A stretch of DNA of 61,630 nt, filler included, from Sluysia triapertura (lineage: Eukaryota): the NCBI GenBank assembly GCA_046118255.1. It is 5 parts of 5 records of this genome, joined end to end, with 100 filler letters (N's around TTAATTAATTAA, not from the genome) between each part and the next. Parts side by side here need not be neighbours in the genome. Positions count along the whole stretch, not along the records: positions 50,468 to 61,630 come from JBJNIA010188078.1; 4 more parts are not named here. One strand, 5' to 3'. The position numbers and the translations under genes are program-made. Each line of letters begins with the position of its first letter. Positions within the stretch are counted from its first letter, which is position 1. This document shows positions 53,328 to 61,630 of the stretch, piece after piece. The notes beneath the pieces were generated by a model, which was not told the DNA's origin, made no database searches, and was given only the letters and a program-made list of their open reading frames with translations.

Positions 53328-55230
53328 TTAAATAAAATATATTAATTGTGGTGTTAAGAAATGATTTGAGTTATTTAAAAATTTGAATTTTATCATTTTA
53401 TTTAAAGGAGGAAATTTCGTAAATTGTAATAAAAAAACATCTTTGATAATTTTATTTGAATTTAAAAGAATTTCAGTAATATTTGGGAACACAAAATTAT
53501 TAACAGAAGTTTTATTAAGATTCATCATAAAATAAATATTAAATTTTAAAGTTCTTATTTTGGCTGTGTCATCCCGAGCTTGTTTTCGATTCATTTGGTA
53601 GAAGATTCTAAAAAGATAAAAATAATTTAAATAGGTTTTGATGCTACCAATAAAGTTAATGATCAAGATGAAATTAATAATTACTTGTAAGTCATGATGA
53701 CCGATTGTGTTGAGCTGTTTCATGTTTAACGATGATATCAGTTGCTTTATTATATAGGCATGATCCACTAAATTCGAAGTGCAAGAGATTTTTCTTAAGA
53801 ATTCGGTAGCTTTGTGTACGTATCGACAATTGTTGTCATTGATTATACACTCTCCATCTCCAGTAGTTAGATATAGACACAAGCCAGACTTCACAAGCCG
53901 TGATTTGTTGTCGTACAAGTCTTTGGCGTCAAGTTGTATGTTATTCTTACTTAGAGAATATTCTTGTTTTATTTCTGTTACTTCTAATAATTTCACTGGT
54001 TGATGTCGACTTCTTTGTAATCGACACTGTTGAATTTTTTTTTACTCTTTAACATAATGAAGTCATTTTGTAAACATTTTAATTTAATATTCCTATTATA
54101 TTTATTGAACAAATAAGACATAATAAGTCGTTATTACTGAACTTTAAACGTTTATAATTAATTTCTAACTCTTTTTCTTTATCGATAATTAATTTTTAAA
54201 GAGTAACTTTAAAAGCATCATTTTTCTTCAGTTTTAAGTGAAACTCACTAAATCGTTTATTTCTAGATCCAAAGTTATATTTTTTGAAACAATTATAAAC
54301 ACAAATTTATTTCGAACTTTCGCTTAAATGTATTGCTCATATATTCATCATTGAAAACTTTATTTATTTCTGTCAAAATATGTTCAGAACTAATATTTAC
54401 TACAAAAGAGATATAAACATGTAAATTTATTTCGAAATTTTGCTTAAATATATTAAATTTATATTCATCATTAAAAACTTTATTTATTTCTGTCAAAATA
54501 CGTTTATCGCTAATACGATTAGAGCATCTACTTCTTTTCCAATATAAGATAAGATTCCTTCAACGTGTGAATCAGATTGTCCCGAGATTCTTCTAAAAAT
54601 TGAAATATTGTATAATTCTTAAGTAATTTTTTGAATTTTATCATCTCTGACTCGAATAAAGCGGATACTGATATTTTCTAAACCTTTAAAACCGCTAAAG
54701 CAATCGTGTATAAAATCGTTTTGATCTGAAATTAAAAAATTAATAGCTACAACCCCTCTTTTGGAATGTATTTTTCCAATCTTCTGCATAAAGAACTTGA
54801 CTTCATCTATATCGGTTATAGCATCACATCGTAGAAAATTTAGTGCAACATTTACTTTATGTTGCTAAGTGCCAAGTGTCTATGTCTATGTTTTGCCATT
54901 AATTGGAAAATCTGGGTTCTGTTGTTATGCGTAGAAGCATAATTAATCTTTTACAATTAATTTTATCAATAACTCTAATCGATTGTTTGTCTTCGTAAAA
55001 CTCCACAGCTTCAATTTCCTCTTGTTTATAATGTTCTTTAGCATTTACTTTATCCAAATTTGTTTCATCATCATTAGGATTTGTAGGATGGAATATACTA
55101 TTTAATATATCTGCATCATGAACAAAGAACATAATTCGAAAGTTATTGTGAAGGATCAGTAAATTACAATAAGCAACTCTATGATATAATTTGTATAATC
55201 GTAAACATAAAAGTTACCAACAAACGTTAT
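53328..55230 (-). pseudogene. Multi-exon gene of unknown family, partly disrupted
   Basis: Collinear protein-like ORFs 54899-55132, about 54540-54850, 54293-54496 and 53328-53996, with mini-intron-like gaps and some stops. Confidence 0.45.
54295..54515. repeat. ~120-bp tandem duplication
   Basis: Two copies of ataaac..aaatttatttcgaa..gcttaaat..tattcatcatt.aaaactttatttatttctgtcaaaata. Confidence 0.9.
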
Positions 55231-55799
55231 TAAATATCTTATTCTGAATTATAAATTGAATAATTGACATTGTTTGCGTAATAATTTAAAAACAATCTCG
55301 TAAATATTTTTTGTGCACTTCTAATAATCTGATTGGTAATTTTTGTACTAAATTTAGGTAAACAGCCTTAGTGATAAAAATTTCTAAGTATTATGAATGG
55401 CTGCCCAATTAAAACATAAAAAGCAATTGATACATACACTTCAATTGGGCACTCATCAAAGTATTAGTATTTATACATAGAAACTAACTGTCACCATTGA
55501 TAGTGGTAATTATTAGTTCATAAAATTGACAAAATAAAAAATTAATAGAAATTAAAATGATGATAATAATTATAATAACAATAATGTTATTATTATTATT
55601 ATTATTAAAAAACTCATAAATCTTTAAATGTTTACATAAACTTTATTTCTAATTCTTTTATTATCTCTAAGCATATTTGAAGTTATTGAAATAGATGAGC
55701 ATTAAAAAATTGCGAACTTGTGATGTTACAGATTGATGTTACGCATTTTGGATAAAATTTAAAGATGTAATTGTGGTTCTAATGTTATAAAATAATGTG

Positions 55800-55992
55800 T
55801 GAAATGTTTTAAATGAATTTTTAAATGCTATTTAATGGTTTTAACTGAAGATAAGTTTAGGTGTTGAAAACTTATGACTTAAATGTTTTGAGATAATATA
55901 AATGTTTTATGTGAATTTTTAAATATATATTGATGTTTTGAACGAAAGTAATGTTTGGATATTAGAAGATTGTGATTTAAAAATGCATTGAA
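55800..55992. repeat. Diverged ~100-bp tandem duplication in a G-rich/C-poor tract
   Basis: aaatgtttta..tgaatttttaaat..tatt.atg.ttt.aac occurs twice. Confidence 0.6.
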
Positions 55993-58539
55993 AAGAGAGT
56001 GGTTTAGTGGATATAAATAAGATAAATTATAGTCTAGATTTTGGTACATTCTAAAAAGGTAATTGTGCGATATTTAAAAATATGATTGTGATTATGTTGA
56101 TATGAAGCTGCGTGAAAAAAATGTTTTTAAAGAGTTTTTTAAAATGGACTTTGTAGATTTTGAAAGTGAATATGGTTTTGTGTAATGTTATAACAAAATG
56201 TCACAGTTATAGGTTGGACACCAAAATTTGCGTCAAAATTTACATTTTATTTCCTTTTTATTCCTTTTAATTCCTTATTTATTTTGTTGAATATGTTTAA
56301 TTTTCATACAGCTATTTACTAATTCTATTTTAAATAATACGGTATCAAGTTGTATATCATTATAGTTTCATTGTGAAAGCTTCTTTCTTCGAAAATATCC
56401 TTACAAATAATTAACTATGGTTCAAAGTTCACTTTTTCAACGTAACTCATCGATTATTTTGTTTACGTAAGATTTCCCTTACTCCTTAAAATAATTAATT
56501 AACATTTTCATGCCGACTTATTTTTGTAATTATTTTACATATACATGCAACGCTTGCGCATTTATAATAGACTTGTGGTATCTTGTGTTGCATAAGTCAC
56601 ATATTTTTATTGAACCAATGAGACATCCCCATACACTTTTCTTATTTCAGTATTTTTTGGAAATCTAATGGAACAAGTTAAATAAAAAAATAAGAAAATC
56701 TTAGCTTTTAAAGATTAAATTTAAAATTTCTTTAACACTATTTTTACCACGATCTTGTGTTATACACTTATTTCGACCAAAAGTATATATTTAGATCTAG
56801 GATGAGCTGAAGGAAAATTATACCGCTAAATAAATTTAACAATTATTATACACAAAGTCAAAACATGAATTGAGAAAAAATGGTTAAACTAATGGTTAAA
56901 ATAATTTTAAATTAAAATATCATAAGGTGCTTTTTGACACTTTTGATAGATAATGAGAACATATGTTGTACATAAAAATTAAAATTTCATAAGTTAAAAA
57001 TCAAAAGAAACATCTTAAAGAACATAGAAAAAAACACATTTTCTTGGTAAATAGAAAAATTTATGCATTAACATAAAAATAGAAATGAAAAGCAAATATT
57101 AGTAACCACAAATAAATACAAAGCAATATAGCTATAAAATGAATTTATATGAAAAAAATACATAAATCAAATACATAAACGAAAAATAAAAATAAAATAT
57201 TACTATCAAAATATATGTATATAAAATTTTTTTTGTTATATTTTAACTACAGAAAGAAATTTGCCAAATAATAGAAATTAATTGTAGAAAAATTATTGTA
57301 AAATAGAATTTTAAATAGATATTATAAAATATAATTCCATAACCCATATGTTTTATTTAAAAAACGTTTTTTAATAACAATACTGATAAATATTTGATTG
57401 ATGATCGTACATAAAAATAAAATAAAATAATATTAATTGCATATACAGACAAAATAAAACTATATTTATCAAATGTCAGTGTCCTTCTAAAATATTCAAA
57501 AAGTGGACTTATACCTTTACTATCATAGTAGAATTAGCATTTATCATCGTATTGTGTAAGAAACAGATTCATAATAAAAGAAATAAATTAATTAATTTTA
57601 TTAAAATTAATATTTATTATATCATTTTTCGAATGTTTTTAAATATTATTATTGTACCTAAGATATAAAAATTGTATTATTTTATTATTATTTATGAAAC
57701 TCAAGTAAACTTTAATAACGGAAATGTAATAATTAATCTTAATAAACAATCTATATGGGATTTTGAATACCTAGAGCAAGGCTATGTTGAAGGCGAGATA
57801 GAAGACAACTTCAAAACTATTTTGAATTTATCTGATTTCAGCGTCTCCTTTTAATTATTATGTAAAATATTAATTTTTTGAAAATATTTTATTTTTAATT
57901 TTTTAATATTTTAGTCTATTTTTTTAATTATTTAATTAAATACTATTCGAAAATTTATTTTGCCTGGTTCTGTTTCTATATGAAGTGATCCTCGAGTTTT
58001 TTTTTACAAATTAACATTTTCTATTAAACAACAAAAATTAATTGCAAATTCTTACAACATTTGTCAACCAAATAATGGAAAAGATATTATTAAATAATAG
58101 TTTACTTTTGAAGTTTTTAATTATTTTATAATTTCATATTTTAATTATTTTTAATATTTTAATTTAGTATTTAATTTTAATATGAAAAATCGTGTTAGAG
58201 ATGAATTTATTGAATGTCATTTATATTCAATTAAACTTTATCGTAAGAAACAAACTGTGGTCTTACGGACAATTTTCTGATTATTTTACAAATTTGAAGA
58301 AAACTGGTTTTCGATAATAAAGATAAATTATTGTTTATGCAGTAATCAATAACAAGAGTTATTAAATTTGAGTGTGCATCTTTTAGTATATTTATACACT
58401 TATAATAATATTATTTTTTGAATGGAAAGATCTAAGGTTAAACGAGATAAAAGCAATCACTAACTCACAATATTAGTAAGATTGAACTATGGTTGATATC
58501 TTAAATCTGAATTCAAAAAATGAATCAAGTATCTTAATA

Positions 58540-59420
58540 ATAATTTGTCATTTATCGAAAATGAGTCAGAAGGAGATATGTTATCGCATAAATCTTATCG
58601 ATATTTCACAATCCACTTATTTTCATTTTTCGTAACATCAATAATCTTTTCTATAGTTTTCAGTATACTCAGAATTTCATTCATTATTTATTTTACTAAA
58701 TCGAGCATATTGTATCATCATCTCTGTAAATTCATTAAATATAGATTTCATAATATAAAACGTTTGCATTTGCTTACTTCATTCAACTTTTCACATTTGT
58801 TTGAGGTATACTCACATAATTGTCCTCGAAACACACACCAAAAGTATTTGTTTAAATGTAACATATGCATTACATTTAATAAATTAATGTAATGCGAAAT
58901 TTTGAACTTAGAGTTGACTATTCGAAAACATAAGTCAAGCTAGTAACATCATATTCCAAACCCTTATATCATAATCACATTATCGACGTTTTGGACAATG
59001 AATTCATTCGAATAAATATATAAATAAGAACACCAATCATCATATCCATCCAATGAAAACCAATTTTCATCTAAATTGTCCCAAGAATAATTTTCGACAT
59101 GATATTTTTCAGACAAAAAATAATTTTTAATTTCTACCTTATATTGTTTAATTTCATACTTATATTGTTTAGATAAAGACAAATTGAAGATAAAATAATT
59201 TATATCGCTCAACGTTAATCTTGTTTCTTTTAACATTAATATTGGCAATTAACCGTTAATTTTAGATTTTCAGCTTTGCATATAACAGATTTTCTTCTTC
59301 GCTTCTTTGGATATTCAACCTTTTTTCTGACAAATTCTTTGTACATACAATTTTGATAAAATTATATCTTGTTTTATAAATCCTGAATTTCAATACATAT
59401 TTTTCTTCAACAGTCATCAT
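58540..59420 (-). pseudogene. Long decayed intronless coding segment, possibly retroelement gag-like
   Basis: ORF 58964-59248 continues through stops into CVFRGQLCEYTSNKC, a possible degenerate Zn knuckle. Confidence 0.3.
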
Positions 59421-61562
59421 TTATTACAATTATAATTATGTAAACAATGATATTATTTTCAAAATAATTTAAATATGCATATGTTTGCTGCATGTTTTAA
59501 ACTGGTACCAGAAATTTCTCAGAAAAATAATATTAAAATACATTAAAACAATTGATACAGAAAATATTAAATGTTTCAACAAAAGTTAAATTAATTTGAA
59601 TTCAAAATTTTATACTAATTTAGAAAACCATCAGAAAATGACATAATGATATTCATTATTTGTATATTGATTACTTTGAACTTATATTTGACCTATAACT
59701 CGTTTGAACTTTAGATACTTATCATTGATAAGTTGAACTAAATTTAATATTTTATGTTTGACAAAAATTTGGTTTTAAGTTCAGAAGTACAGCATGAACG
59801 CCGAAAATCATCTTAAAAGTTCTCGATCATCGAAAAATAAAATATTTTTTAGATGACATGCTTTCCATATTGTGTCGTACATGAAAATAATCGCACTTTT
59901 TGATAAGAATGCTTTAGCAATAATGGACATTCTAAATTCAAACGTAGTTAATGACCACCCTTCATGCCGAAAATATAGATAAAGTACATCTAATTTGGTT
60001 TCAGATCTGTGAACAAATATATTTTTGAATGCAGATAATTTTTCAAAAAATATAAATCATATTTTAATACATTAAATTTAGAAATAAGTTTTATTCTACT
60101 AAAAAATATTTTTAAAAGTTTTTCAGTTGTTCCTCGAAATAATTTATGAAAATAATTTAGTTTTATTATGCTTAATGTTTCATTCATTTGATATGTCTAC
60201 TTGGTAAATGTAACTTCCTTAATAGTATTAATTCTGCAATATTCTGGTGCCAATTAAAATCTAAAAATCACGATACTTACTTGTATTCTAAAATAAGCAG
60301 CTGTATGCACTTTTCTATTGAATTTTTGTTTCAGACAGCTGCATAATATATAAACACGTATATTTCCATTTGATAGAACAATAAAAATATTTATTTTGTC
60401 CAGATTTTCCTACAGATTATTTTAAATATTTGCTTTCTTTTCAAAGTATAAGCAAAATTGTACAATCCAATTCTCAAAATATCTATTTTAAGCATATCGA
60501 CAATTGTGTATGACATGGTCAGATTTCCATACAGGTTTACCTACCATGTCTTTTCTAGATATTTTCAGATACGAAATAATAACAAAATAAGGTCTTACAG
60601 AAAAGAACAATACAAACGTCTAATTTAAAAACCTAAAATCTTTTCTAATCCTGCATAACATTGATGATTATGAGAATATTTAATAGTTTTTCAGATTTGT
60701 TAAAGATTTTGATGTTTAACTATCTTTACTTATTTGATTTTAATTTATAAAACTGATTTATCTCTATATTTTAAACGTTATACTTATCACGAAATTATGA
60801 AATAGTTATTCGTTATTTCACTGATCTCTTGTTTGGTCAGAGACGGAAGAGCTATATATGTAGTATGGATTCAAGTCTTTTATTCAGTGCATATTATCGT
60901 ATTAGTAATATACTTTCTAAATATTTTAATTCATGTTCTAATTCTAATTATGTACTATATATATACCTTATAATATATATCTGCCTTATTAGTATTTGTT
61001 CGTGTCTCTCTTGGTATTAACTTTTTGGCGAATTTTCCATGTTTTATTGGTATCTGTGTTTGATCCGTGATGTTTTAAAGAAGCTAATTAAGTATGATGG
61101 CTTATTGCCTTTTTTCTTCATATGTGTTTGCTGATTTAACATTTCTATCTTATTTAAAGTTATTTTGAAGGTACTTTTTGAGTTTTGAACCATTTTTAAG
61201 ATATAAAGTATTTATTCATATATAATATTTTTATAATCTTATTTAAAATATTTTATTTTTAAATTATTTTCAGCAAAATTTACCATATTATTATAAATAA
61301 AAAATTTGCGATAATATTATTACTTTTCTTCTATAAAATAATCATTTTCAGTCGTTTCTTAAAAATGTTAAATATTTATTTGATATGTTTAAAGATAAAA
61401 TAAACAATATTTTAGTTGCAATACATTTTTGATTGCATAATGTATTCATTTAAATTTTTTTGTTGTGTCATTTATATTAACTTTTTTAATTCACAAAAAA
61501 ATAAAACTTATTTGATTAAATTAAATCATTAATTAATAAACATGTAATTTAATATTATTGAA

Positions 61563-61630
<68 letters not shown>
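61563..61630. repeat. (AAT)n microsatellite to the window end
   Basis: Perfect run. Confidence 0.97.

Noticed and set aside
4590-60700. Stop-codon reassignment to explain the many interrupted reading frames
   Set aside because: TFIIA ends at TGA and NACHO at TAG at their expected C-termini, intact exons have no internal stops, and the broken frames also contain frameshifts and all three stop types.

Overview
This is a very AT-rich eukaryotic (metazoan) scaffold window, not prokaryotic. It has spliceosomal GT-AG introns as short as 32-49 nt, (AAT)n microsatellites, and four artificial 100-nt gap linkers (N..TTAATTAATTAA..N). The ultrashort introns and compact divergent genes suggest a reduced parasitic invertebrate genome such as an orthonectid (inference only). 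Genes that splice cleanly are the TFIIA large subunit (2 exons), TMEM35/NACHO (3 exons), part of SLC30A9/ZnT9, and three in-phase exons of an NPF/DPF-bearing trafficking protein (Rab11-FIP-like). Much of the rest is decayed, internally deleted gene copies: PAFAH1B2/3, NAP1, a ONECUT CUT domain, a CCCH finger, and K2P-like, LRR-like and BK-beta-like fragments. Transposon relics include a Maverick/Polinton integrase, mariner, a Tc1/IS630-like element with 21-bp subterminal repeats, L2/CR1-type LINE pieces and a tRNA-derived SINE. I found no convincing new multi-gene system. The best leads are a dispersed conserved-hairpin element, a tRNA-like element with differing anticodons, a BK-beta-like ORF divergent from NACHO, and a pervasive in-frame deletion/pseudogenisation pattern. 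All homology calls come from remembered family motifs, not from database searches.
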